From Squalus acanthias (lineage: Eukaryota), in assembly GCA_030390025.1 (NCBI GenBank), contig CM059431.1:142664001-142728000 (forward strand): DNA of 64,000 nt. Reading direction: 5' to 3'. Position numbers and translations under genes: made by a program. Below the pieces are notes generated by a model. The model worked only from the letters and a program-made list of their open reading frames with translations, was not told the origin of the DNA and made no database searches. Shown here piece after piece: positions 12,313 through 24,164 of this stretch (the stretch's first letter is position 1; each line of letters begins with the position of its first letter).

Positions 12313-13394
12313 GATATGCATAGAACACAGAACTGCTACAGTAATATGCAGCGCAGACTAAACTGTGAGTACTTAATGAATGGCAATGTGAACGAGGAGA
12401 GCGGGTACAGTGAGCGCTGTGAAGCAGCAACCAAACAGACGCCTGAGCTACATCGCCCAATCAACGCCAGGTTTCAGCTGCAGCTCTGAGGTGCTCTATT
12501 CAGGTTTAACCCTGAGATATGACCTGATTTCTCGTAACCCTGGTACAAGGTTAGCATCCACCCCGATGAGAGGTTAGAAAGGGGCCACTAGGCCGAGGTC
12601 CACTGTCAGCGGACTCGGCTACAAGGAACGTGCAGGGAAAGTCACATTATTCAACCTTCAGAGGCGTCGCAAGAACAGACGAACAGACAGAAATGACGGG
12701 CAACAAAAGACCGGCTGGTCCAGCAAGCCTGCCCCACACTCATGATGCTCGCAGCACGATGAGTAAACACTTCATATCTCCCTGCAGCCTGTGATCTTCG
12801 GGGAGATGCAATGTAGCAGAAAATACCGAGCGCCAATAAAGCGGGAAAAACTGTGGAGGATTTCTCTCCGACACCCTGAGGCAATCAAAAATACTTCAGG
12901 AGGTGACATTGACTCTGCGCACGTTAATTGTTAATCCTCTTTCCTTGAATATGCTGCGATATCTGCCCCAGGCCAGAAGCGGTCCAGCTCACTCTTGAAG
13001 AGATGCTGAGAGGCAGCACGTGTCGCCCCAGCTTACAACACATTCCAGAGGCTCGTTACTCTTGGTGAAAAGAAGAAACACCTTCCGAGCTGATCTGCAT
13101 GTCTCCTGCTTCTCTCTAATCTGTCAAACTGAAATAATCTTTCAATAGGCGCGCAATCCAGCTAGTGCATTATTTGATCAGCCTTTATCTGGTCGCTTCT
13201 CGGAGTGCCGATCCTGCAGCTTTATGTAAAGTACTAAGGGGCGGGGTTAAGGAAGGGGCGGGGTTAACACTGTTTGTCTTCAGCAGCATAAAGGATACAG
13301 GGCAGTAAAGGGGCAGATAAGGCAGCCAACACGGTTTTGTTGAAGGCAAATCGTGTTTGATTAATTTGATTGAGTTATCTGATGAAGTAAAGTG

Positions 13395-14190
13395 AAGGGT
13401 TGAATGGCCTCTCCCTGTTCCTGTGCTCAGTCCCGCGGTCTGAATATCCTACTCATGCTGCTATTTTGTTGGCTCTGAATATTCTCCTCCCATTCCTATG
13501 TAACAGGCTCGATGAGCCGCCAGTTCTACCCCGGTAAATATGTAACAGGCTCGAGGGGTTGAATGGTGTACTCCTGTTCCTGTGCAACAGGATCAAGGGG
13601 CTGACTGGCCTACTTTTCGAATGTGAGCGACCAAACGGTGCAAAATAGCCTATCCCTGTTTCTATGTAGCTGGCTCGAGGGGCTGAATGGCCTTCTCCCA
13701 TTCCTATGTAACAGATTCTACGGTCCGCTCACCCTGCCACTGTAAGTATGAAACTGGCTTGAGGAGTTGAATTGCCGACTCTGTTATTTTGGAACAGGCT
13801 CGATGTGTGGATAGCCGACTCCTGTTCCTGTGCAGCACGATCTGGAGGATTAATGATTTAATCGTATTCCTATACAACAGGCTCGAGGGGCTGAATGGTC
13901 TTTTTCAGTTCCGTTCTAACAGAAGCGAGGGGCTGAATGGCCTACTCCTGTTTTTATGTAGCTGGGTCGAGGGTCTGGAAAATCTACAGCTATTCCTATG
14001 TTACGGACTAGAGGGCTAAATGGCCTCCTCCTTTCCTATGTAACGGGCTCGATGGGCAGAATGGCCTCGTTATATTCCTATGCAACAGGTTTTTGGGGCT
14101 GAATGGTCAATTCTGTTCCTACACGTCAGGCTGAGGGAGGCGGGGCGGGGGCTGAATACCTTTCTCCTGTCCCTATGTCACAGGCCCGAG
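13395..14190 (+). repeat. Tandem array (~42 bp unit) derived from the CR1 3' terminus
   Basis: The unit GTAACAGGCTCGAGGGGCTGAATGGCCTACTCCTGTTCCTAT matches CR1 3' ends elsewhere in the window (e.g. 55572-55606). A short CR1 RT fragment precedes it at 13325-13395. Confidence 0.85.
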
Positions 14191-14214
14191 AGACTGCGAC
14201 AATAAGGCGGTGAC

Positions 14215-14998
14215 GTGTCTACTGGCCATGGGCTTCAACCTCATCGGAATTTCGGTTATGTCTTTCCACTTCCCTTCCTGTTCCACACTCCAGTTTGCAT
14301 TCTCTGCTTGAATGTCTCCACCCTGGAAAGTTCTGTGCGGTTCACCGTCTCCTTCACCATTGAACGCATTGCGGCGATGTGCTGCTCGGAGTTTACAACG
14401 TCATATTGCACAGAGAGGACTGCAGCCGCGGTCTAACAGGGATCACAGACCTGGTCTGGTTCAGTTACAGCATCTGATGCTTTGAACAGGAAGAAATAAT
14501 TGACAATGTGCAGCGGGGTTGGAGCACAAGTGTGGAATCCCTTGTATTACATTCGTGGACAGTATATTCCCGGTGAAATCTATGTTTTCCCCTTGATGTC
14601 ATTTGCTTTGATTTCACTGTTTAAGAATCTGGCCGTTAGACACACCTTGCGGTCCAATCGACTCCGCAGGGCACTCTTAGTCATAACGGCGAGAAGAAGA
14701 GTGATCCAGAGAGGGAGAAGCGAAACAGATCGATCAATTCGCTCTCCACTCTACCGGCAAATTTTACCTTCTGGTGGTTGAAAGCTTCTGTGAGCTTTCA
14801 TTGTCAGAATGACGGCCAGCGTTCATTACCAAGGCGATTTCACCAACCCAATATGTATACCGACTCGAACCAGGTTCATGTTCATGTATTTGAGTTCCTG
14901 TACGAACACCTGCATTTCTGGAGCCACTCTGACCAAATACAGAGAAGAGCTGAAGACTTCGCTGATATTCCTCAGACTGGTTTAAAGAAAAAAAATAA
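14215..14998 (+). pseudogene. GPR139-like GPCR pseudogene (exon 2)
   Basis: Encodes YVFPLPFLFHTPVC..SVRFTVSFTIERIAAMCCSEFTTSYCTERTAAAV*, FALISLFKNLAVRHTL and MYLSSCTNTCI. Homologous to the intact gene, with stops and frameshifts. Confidence 0.88.
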
Positions 14999-16479
14999 GT
15001 CGAACCAAAATTTTGCTGTCCAATTTCAGAGCCCACTGTCAGTTTTTGTTGCAGCTCCGAATATTTCGCTGTTCAAAAACACAGTAGGATGGTTCTTGTA
15101 AACATTACCAGGCGCACGAAAATATACCCTGTATATAGCATGCGAGTCATGTCGGCATTGCCTCTGGGTGCTTGTATTTCAGAGCGTCCGATATGTTCCT
15201 TTCTCGCTAAGGTTGTAATTGAATAATCACAAGTAAGATGTATTGGTGGAATAACATCTTTGAGAAACAGAAATAATTGAATTCTATGCATGCCAGCAAT
15301 TTAGATTTACCGAATAAATTCACAATTAAAGTTTCCGGTCGGCAGAACCAATGACGTATTTTGCCCTCGTGCCTCGGTAAGATTTCTGCAGATGCGGGTC
15401 TCACCTTTAGCCGCAACTCCCTACTGTTTCCGGTCCACGTGGAACAGGGCACGTGTCTCTTGCGAAATGTCCTAATGATGCAAAACACTGAGAACTCTGC
15501 TTTTAACTGTGACGTTTGCCTGTTTCGATAAGAACGAGAAATCACGACTGGTGATCCAAAGTTGAAAGCTAATCATCGAAATTAACATTAAGGTGCACAC
15601 CCCGTTTATCAGTCCATACAGTGTAATACTTCTTTCTGAATTAGACCAATATTGAAAGATTTATGTAAATTTAATTTATTGGTAATGCAAGTAATAACTG
15701 CGAAAAATAATTGTCAGATATTTGAGATAAAATTTATATTTTGCTGAATAGTCAGTCTTGTGAACCTCTGCATATTGTTACGAAGAATGATCAATTATAT
15801 TACTCAGATTCTCTGATCAGTATGGTGAGCTGCAAGGAGAAAATCCAGTTGGGAGTTTGATAACAATGCTGAATAGTTATACGATTTAACCACACATTGC
15901 ATTCCAAAGCTCGTTGATGACTCACTATAACTAGATTTACAACACACTGCCACCAGGACAAGTCAATATAAATAGGCACACTGTGTCAAATAATACTTTG
16001 AATAATATGGTAATAACATCGGCAAATGTAAAGGGAAGCTGCCTGCTCTATAGATGCAAACTTGTGTTGAATCCGTGTCTAATTTGATAGAGTTAACTGC
16101 GGCCAAGGCAAGCCTAGAAAACTACGTCTTATTATCATTTTTATTATTGCTCCAAATAGTAATTGTTAAAAAGCAACACCTTTGTTCGGTCACCAATTCT
16201 TAGTTAAGAGGCTATCGACGTTGCTGTAGCTGACCTGGGATTAGCTGTGCTGAAGGTGTTGGGGACAGAAGGTCATCAGCGCTGGATAAAACCTGATAAA
16301 CACAACAGCAATAGAAGTAATATTAGAAATCAATTCAACATCTTAGCACCACACAATAAATGTAAATTTGCAGCAAGTAAGGAAAAGAATCTATCTCACA
16401 GTTGTCAGTGTGAGAACTGTAACAATGGAAAAACATTGTGAAGCACCTCGAGGATAAAATAGTCCAACAGGAACCACGT

Positions 16480-16990
16480 GGTACAGGCGGATGTAGTCGA
16501 TACAGTGGAGCAGTGAGAGGTGGTCGTTGTTTGTAAGGCCGACCTGCTTTATAAAACAAAACAGATCTTCCACCTAAACAATCTGTGGCAGAACACTCAG
16601 GTTATATAAGTGACCACCTGTTACTGTTCATAAATAACATAGCTTCTTTAGTATCAGTGTTGTCGGATCAAAAACAAACGCCTCTCATTAAAGGTTATAT
16701 TTCTTCTGAAGGGATAGGGGAGGAGAGAATGGGAAAAGTGTCGCTATATTTGTAAAGGAAACGAACTATTGTGAAAGCGCCGACTTTAAAACATCAGTTA
16801 CAGACGAAACTATTTGGATTCACTTCGTTCAAAGTCACAAATTAATCCCTCACACCTGTTACAGTCCCCCAGGAGAAGGAGACCTTTGTGACGAGACACG
16901 TTGAACACAAATTAATAAATACAGTGGATTGGGACAGTGCGGAGGTGGACCAGATGGGACGTTGACTATTAAATGAAACAAGGTATTATT
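16480..16990 (+). mobile_element. Highly decayed LINE AP-endonuclease fragment
   Basis: Remnant motifs GY...DR..VAIFVK, ETIWI and YSPP appear in shifting frames. Confidence 0.4.
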
Positions 16991-17078
16991 GTGGATAAGG
17001 CAGCAGGCACTTGGGCTATGGTCTGGCCAACGGTGAATCCGGGTGGATAGTTAGGTTACCTGACAGATAGATCTCAAT

Positions 17079-17330
17079 ATGTCGACAGGTGCTCTTTGGA
17101 AAAAATATCGAGCGAAGTTCGAGAAGAAGAGTGATGACACACTATTAGTGGAGTGCCTAACGAAGTATCTGAGCGTACCTTTTGAGGATGCGGTCAAATT
17201 CATTGAAAGACAGGTTAAGGCTAAGAAATGGAAGCCAGATAAAGTAATAAGTTTGACTGCGTATGCAGTTTCGTACTGTTCGGAGCGAGATGATGATGTT
17301 TTCCTCACGCAGGAGGATAAAATGTTATAA
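17079..17330 (+). pseudogene. Short basic, helical-looking ORF of the ERV-like element (gag N-terminus or accessory protein; unresolved)
   Basis: ATG-initiated 83-aa ORF with coding-like composition. A diverged copy of its 3' part lies at 23242-23293. Confidence 0.4.
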
Positions 17331-20162
17331 CAACAGAGTTTTGTTAAAATTCTCCAAAGTCATGTTACCACATCTACCGCGATCATACAGCAACAAAGTG
17401 TTAATACAGTTCAGGCAGGATCCGCCATACAGAATCTTGAGGGAGGCAGGTGTCAGATAGTTACCCTAACAAAAGATCTAATTTGCAGGCTAATCAATCT
17501 GAAAACTCAGCAAAGAAAGGAAGAAAACAGTCATTTAGAAAGCCAGGGAAAGCTGCTGAGACGCCGATTAAAAAAAAAAAGTTTTACCGACATGGAAGTT
17601 ATTAATGTATGTGCCGAGACGAATAAAACACAAGATTTGCTGAGTGAAAGAAACCTTAAAAAAATGCTGCAGTTTAAGTTTGTTTGAAAGTGTGTGTTAA
17701 AGTGCGACAGTTTTCCTGACTATGAATATTTAAGGAGTTTTAGTATTCCTATTGTCTGAAAGTCTGTCTTTAATTCTCCAATCACTTCTCTGTTTTAAGA
17801 ATGTGCAGTTAAGATTGTACACCCAGAATTGAAAAAAGCACTGTGAACTACAATTTAATTTAAGCTGGTGTGGAAAAACTGAGAAAAACAAAAAGTTTCT
17901 TTAACAAAAGATTAAGTGCCAGTCTTAGATTTAACCTTGGATTCGCGGTTGCTATGGTGAAATTTCCAAAGCAGTTTGATTTGATTTGTTTAAATGTGAA
18001 AACAACTAATTTTTCTCCAGTTGTATTCAATGCTCTTACAGTCATTTGGAAAGGCATCTGAAGAAAGGGAAAATAGAAATATGACGTAATTTACTGTTTT
18101 CTGCAAGCATGTTCTATTGTGTTTTGATACTGTTCGTGTTTAGTTAATAAAAGATTGATCTTAATTAAATTGTAATTATAAAAGGTAACAAATCTTTTAA
18201 AGTGTGAAAACACAACTGCCTTTTTCGACTAGGAACGTTTTTTTAAATTTACGTGAAGTGATGCAATTGCGTGCACCTGACAATGCTGCACTCCACCTTC
18301 TTAAAAAACCATCAAAGGAGTTAACCCTTTCCACTGACAGCTGTTTAAGTTCACCAAGCAACAACTTTTGTATTGCTGAATGAAATTTAAAGATATTGGA
18401 CATTATTAAATTTAATTTTCTTAATTTTAAGTTAATATTTCCCCACATTGACGGAAGGAAAATTATGCCTTGATAAATTAACGCTTTGGGCTCTTAAGCA
18501 GAATAACAATGGATTCTCTCCTTTCTTTTGTTATATGAAAGTTACCTTGTAAACTAATTGCAGCACTTCTGCCTCTAATGTTAAAACACCGAGTAAACCA
18601 ACTAGCCTGGGAATCACTTGTTTCTGAAATTGGAATTGATAAGATAAATTGATAGAAATGTAATTGAACATTACAAAACCTGTCAGTTCAACAATACTGC
18701 TGTTTGGATTTTGGGATAATTTTGAAATGACAAAATAGTGTCTGGCACTAGATATTGGGTTACTTTTGGGAACATAAAAGATCCTCTAAAATAATGATAT
18801 ATAAAAAGTGATAATAACTTGGACCAAGTGAGAACGTTTGATCTATGTTTTCTATCTTAAATATTGTACTGGACAGTAAAGTTCCTCCCGGGCTCATGAA
18901 TGAGATATGAATGATAATAAAAGGGAGGTGATTGAGGGTGTGAGATTGAAACAGGAAAATTACACTACTGAATGGGAATTTTCCAAATTTTCTAGTGAAA
19001 GTCAGGAGAGTGCAGCTACAAGTAGTAAATTGATAGCTTTCTCTTGGAGACATTTGAGTCCCTGCCTATAATGAACCTTTTAAGAAAACTGAAGTTGATA
19101 GTGCGGCCATTACCCAAGACATCGGGACCATGCAGAGGAAGACGAGCAAAGATCTCCAGACGGTTATAATCTTTTGAAAAGATACCTGAAAGCCCAAGAA
19201 TGGTTGGTATCGCATGGCACGTTTGGCACAATCTTGAGTTACCGATATGAGTGTACAAATGTGATTTGTTACGTATGAAGCAATTACCATCCGGAAATGC
19301 GTGGTGAATTTGCACTGAAGAACAGGTCACAGACATGCTCAGTTACTTGAACACATCAAGACATGAAATGGTTAATGTGACTCAGGAGACAACTTTTAAA
19401 GCATTGACACAAACTCCATCGAGAAACTATCTAATTAATGAAACAATCAGAAAACAGTTAAAAACTGTGGGACCTGTTCGAGGAATTGAAATTGAAGTTG
19501 AAGTGGAAAGGTACATGGAATTTGGATTGGGATAATTGAGGCTAAGCAGAAATCATGATTAGCAAGAATTAACCACAAGATGGATACGAGTAAGAGAGAT
19601 CTGGGTAATATTTTAAGTCCATGATTTGTTGATTAAATGTAAAAATGTAATGTCGCTTGAAATGATAGTAAGACTGAATTATACCTTGTAACTGTTATAA
19701 TTGTATTTTGTCGATAACAGAGCGTGGGGAAAAAACAGTACAAATCCAGAATGAGGTGGTTTTGGTGGTGCCTCCAGTGTCACTGCTACCGCAACTACCA
19801 TGCTTTACGGGTCTACGAGGACCTGTCCCATCAACCAACACGTTTCACTCAATAGGAAAACCTATGCTCAAGTGAAACTGACAGTAAGTGAGACATTAAG
19901 TATGAGCTGCGCAATTCAGATACAACATTATCCTGTTGTCTGAGGGCTTCAGTGAGCTCGTGATGCAACTGAACTCCTCCCAAAAGCATTTTTATTGTTG
20001 GAGCAAGACAACTCGATAATAGATATCGAATTTGACAGCATAAGGGACAACTCACACTGGTGGGATATTGCGCTTAATTTACCAGCACTACCTTAGGTTC
20101 GTATTATTTCACACGCTCTGATAGTTCTCCAACTTGTAATGATGGTGTATTTGATATATTTA

Positions 20163-21600
20163 TGATGTGGAGATGCCGGCGTTGGACTGGGGTGGACAAA
20201 AATGAGAAGTCGCACAACAACAGGTTATAGTCCAACAGATTTATTTAAAATTACAAGCTTTCGGAGCTGTCGCCCCTTCTTCAGGTAGGGTAGCTGTGAG
20301 AGAATCTCCCAGAATTCACAATATAAACACAGAAAAAATGTATTCAAATCTTTCCCTACATCAAAGACACACTAAGAGCACAGCCAAGACAATGAGATGT
20401 GTCCCAGGGGGTCCAACGTGTCAAAACACCTGCTGGCTGCATATCCTCTCCATTTTGGTTTAAAAAAAAACCTGGAAAGACCGGCCATGATGTCAAGTCA
20501 CGTTCTGTATCGTGACATGAACCCGATATCGCGATTGAGGCCATCCTCATGAGTGCGGAACTTGGCTATCAGTTTCTGCTCTATGATTTGCGCTGTCGTG
20601 TATCCCGAAGGCCGCCTTGGAGAACGCTTACCCGCAGATCCGAGGCTGAATGCCCCTGACTGCTGAAGTGTTCCCCGACTGGGAGGCAACCCTCCTGTCT
20701 GGCGATTGTTGCGCGGTGTCCGTGCATACGTTGTCTCAGTGTCTGCATGGTCTCGCCGATGTACCATGCTCTGGGGCATCCTTTACTGCAACGTATCAGG
20801 TAGACAACGTTGGCCGAGTCACATGAGTATGTACCATGTACCTGGTGGGTAGTGTCCTCACGTGTGATGATGGTATCTGTGTCCATGATCTGGCATGTCT
20901 TGCAGAGGTTGCCGTGGCAGGGTTGTGTGGTGTCGTGGTTGCTGTTCTCCTGAAAGATGGGTAATCTGCTGCGAACGATGGTACTTTTGAGGTTAGGCGG
21001 CTGCTTGAAGGCGAGTAGTGGAGGCGTGGGGATGGCCTTAGCAAGGTGTTCGTCATCATCGATGACATGTTGAAGGCTGCGAAGAACATGGCGTAGTTAT
21101 TCCGCTCCGGTTGCCTCCCAGTCGGGGAACACTTCAGCAGTCAGGGGCATTCAGCCTCGGATCTGCGGGTAAGCGTTCTCCAAGGCGGCCTTCGGGATAC
21201 ACGACAGCGCAAAATCATAGAGCAGAAACTGATAGCCAAGTTCCGCACTCATGAGGATGGCCTCAATCGCGATATCGGGTTCATGTCACGATACAGAACG
21301 TGACTTGACATCATGGCCGGTCTTTCCAGGTTTTTTTTTAAACCCAAATGGAGAGGATATGCAGCCAGCAGGTGTTTCGACACGTTGGATCCCCTGGGAC
21401 ACATCTCATTGTCTTGGCTGTGCTCTTAGTGTGTCTTTGATGTAGGGAAAGATTTGAATACATTTTTTCTGTGTTTATATTGTGAATTCTGGGAGATTCT
21501 CTCACAGCTACCCTACCTGAAGAAGGGGCGACAGCTCCGAAAGCTTGTAATTTTAAATAAATCTGTTGGACTATAACCTGGTGTTGTGCGACTTCTCATT
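20163..21600 (-). mobile_element. Penelope-like element (GIY-YIG endonuclease) with an inverted 3' copy
   Basis: ORF 20581-20886 reads NVVYLIRCSKGCPRAWYIGET...LRQRMHGH (GIY-YIG). Inverted arms of ~495 bp lie at 20197-20691 and 21109-21604. A 13-bp TSD TTTGATATATTTA lies at 20150-20162 and 21601-21613. Confidence 0.93.
21514..21549 (+). ncRNA. Minimal hammerhead ribozyme motif in the Penelope terminus (mirror copy at 20252-20287, minus strand)
   Basis: TAC-CTGAAGA-A-GGGGC GACA GCTCC-GAAA-GCTT-GTA. This has the CUGANGA and GAAA cores, stem II, a palindromic stem III and a 3-bp stem I. Confidence 0.7.
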
Positions 21601-21707
21601 TTTGATATATTTAACCCGTGTAGTAAGACTTTGAACTATGTAAAATCAGAAGTTTGATTAAGATCTACACAGTTAAATACGAATGAAACAAGGTAGGGAA
21701 TCAAAAA

Positions 21708-22608
21708 TTGTTAGGACTAATAATAGAAATTCTGAGTCTAATGAATCGAACCAGACCCAAACCTTTGTTTAGAGTAGAAAATATAGGAGTGGCGAAAATA
21801 AATACCATTAATCAATTCCTCACAGCATCAGAATGGTTGGTCCAGTCAGAAGAACTGACATGGATTGAACCAAACCTACACGGATGTAGTACAAATGAGG
21901 ATGCACTCATTTGCCCATACAATTTATACGATCACTCAAAAGATACCTGTCGTTTTGATTAGAATAAGGCGGGTCTAAACTGTACCATGGAAGTGACAGG
22001 TCCATCAGATTTGAGAACCAGAACGGCCTATGTACGAGCGGGAAGATATTGTTTTACCACATTATAGACCTATTTTCATAACGGATTACATACATGTTCA
22101 ATTAAGCAGGGAACCTATTGCATTACCCTAAAAAAACACAGTCATAGGAGGAAAAACTGTCCTTGCAGTTTCTACACCTGATCAGCAGGTCTTACAAGTA
22201 GAAGATAAATTGAATATAAATTTAGAGGACTATGTCATTAAATTTGGATATGACGTCCCTGAACTACTTGAAGCCTTAACCAAATTAATGAACCAGGTGA
22301 ACGCCTCCCAACAACATTACATTACACTGGAGCAAGGGAACAAAGATGTAGCCAAGGACATTCCACATATAGTAGATTTGACACATTGGTGGGATATCGG
22401 GACGGACATAGATATTCCCCCTTGGATTAGAATAATTTCAAACGTACTGCTCATAACCCAATTTATAGTATTATTGTGCTTACTGCTCTACACCTGCTAC
22501 TTAAGGCACCTAATGTACAAGACAAGATCACAACTAGACATAATCACAGCCCAGAAACTCCTGGAACTGAGCAAACGTGGGAGAGCTAACCCATATAAAA
22601 TAATTTAA
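21708..22608 (+). pseudogene. env-like glycoprotein module B (Cys-rich domain, heptad region, TM, short tail), disrupted
   Basis: Reads WIEPNLHGCSTNEDALICPYNLYDHSKDTC...LNCTMEV...RTAYVRAGRYCFTT...TCSIKQGTYC, then the heptad LLEALTKLMNQVNASQQHYITLEQ, HWWDI and the TM IISNVLLITQFIVLLCLLLY. Two stops and one frameshift (~22135). Confidence 0.8.
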
Positions 22609-23619
22609 AATTGAGGGGTCGGTTTGAACGCCTCGCCCTCGAGGTGGAATAGAGCGTTCATGTATGATTTTACAAAGTTTTAAATGTAATGCTTTTCGTA
22701 AAAATACTATGATATATAATAATGTATGTTAGAAGCATAAAACATCTGTTACAATATGCATAACCTTCGTTAAAAAGACACAAGGCTGAGAAGTAAAGCA
22801 TCATGTTAAAATTAAGCGAACATTATGTTAACTGAGAGAAGAGTGCGAAAGTAGAAAAGATTTTCTGTTATGTTAAAAACAAGCAGCCAGTGAAGGACAA
22901 ACATTAATTCAGTTTCAAAGTAAGACAGAGAGTTTTCAACACCTAAAATCCCTTATCGCTGAAGTTTCAGCCCAAGCTAGATATTGGTCTATGTGAAAGG
23001 CAAAATATATCTGTCGTAATTCGTGGGAAGTTTATTTATGTAAAAGTTCTCATCTAAAAACTCATTCAGAAAAAGGAAGGGTATCATTAGCACCAAGAAT
23101 GGTGACATAAATCAGGCGCTGCAAGTCGCCAAATATTTTGTGAGGGAAAAGATGTAAAAAAGCACCAATTGAACACTGAAGGCAGCGCCAAACCAGAGGA
23201 AGTGAAAACTTCAGTCAACAGAAGACAGCAAGACTGAGATGAGTTTGATTGCATATACAGCTTCGTACTGTGTGGTGAAGATGGTGATGATGTCAAACAA
23301 AGGGTACGCCCCAGTGTCCGTAGTCACAGAACCGCTCCCAGAGAAGGAGTTACCAATGAATCAGTATGTTGTATAGATCTGGTCAATATGGTTCCAAGCA
23401 TAGCCAATATCACAAGGACTTCGCCGAGGCAGTAAGAAAACCTTGACATTTAAGAATTCGACACCCGTGGGAGTCCAGTAGGATCCCTGGACAATCTCAC
23501 AAGTAGAGAATTCGGGGCCAGTGGTGTCCTACCTGGATCAGCAAAGGTCTGACCCGGGGGCCAAAAAGAGGGGCTGAAGTGGCAACCCGGAGGGCCATTG
23601 GTTGACTTGAGGGGCTAAT

Positions 23620-24158
23620 AGGATAGTAACATTGCTCAATGTACTGATGTGGTGAGAACCTGTGATTATTCTATCACGTGTAAGTCGATACCTTTTAATG
23701 TATGCTGCAATAATGTAAGTATCCATGTTAGTAACATGCCATTGTAATCGCAAGGCATGATGGGAAGCTTGGCCATATGTAAGCTAAGATGTAAAAAAAC
23801 TGTAGGTGTAAGCAGTTTGGACGAAAATACGTTTTTGTCTATGAAACCAAGGCTAATGAGCAAAAGATAAGGGGGAACTGAAGGTCAGATAATGTGGTTA
23901 AAAGAATCACAGGAAAGCAGACGTAAGGGCCTTGAGACTGGGACAGTTGAGGTAACAAGAAACATCTGTCAAAGCCTACGTAACTGGTAATTAATGTTTG
24001 AGCAATTATCGGTAGTAGCTTGATTATGTATAAATAAACTTCCACGACCATTGTAAATTTGAGAGACTTCGGTGCGCTGAAGATTCTCCCCAGCATTTTT
24101 GTAATAAAGTGTTCCCGTATCGCAGCCTATCCGTGACTTCGAGTGGTTTCTTTCCACA
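23620..24158 (+). mobile_element. 3' LTR-like sequence (start uncertain; could extend to ~22650)
   Basis: TATAAA at 24029-24034, AATAAA at 24103-24108, and an end at ...TTTCCACA (24158) abutting the satellite. Confidence 0.65.
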
Positions 24159-24164
24159 AAATTA

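Larger units (their letters stand above)
19760..21634 (+). pseudogene. env-like C-terminal module A, split by the Penelope insertion
   Basis: One frame gives ...TRTCPINQ...DSIRDNSHWWDIALNLPALP*VRIISHALIVLQLVMMVYLIYL (to 20162). It resumes after the TSD as TRVVRL* (21614-21634) and aligns with module B. Confidence 0.75.
17020..24158 (+). mobile_element. Endogenous retrovirus-like remnant lacking pol, with env-like genes and a 3' LTR
   Basis: Contains env-like TM-anchored ORFs (21708-22608), a second env-like C-terminus (19760-21634) and a short ORF at 17079-17330. The LTR-like end has TATA, AATAAA and a terminal CA. The 5' boundary is uncertain. Confidence 0.7.

Noticed and set aside
17024..17045. 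Primer-binding site TGGCCAACGGTGAATCC
   Set aside because: Only a loose resemblance to a tRNA-Leu PBS, and no recognisable U5/LTR end precedes it.
17560..19040. pol gene of the ERV-like element
   Set aside because: AT-rich with no long ORF, and no protease, RT (YxDD) or integrase motifs are visible.
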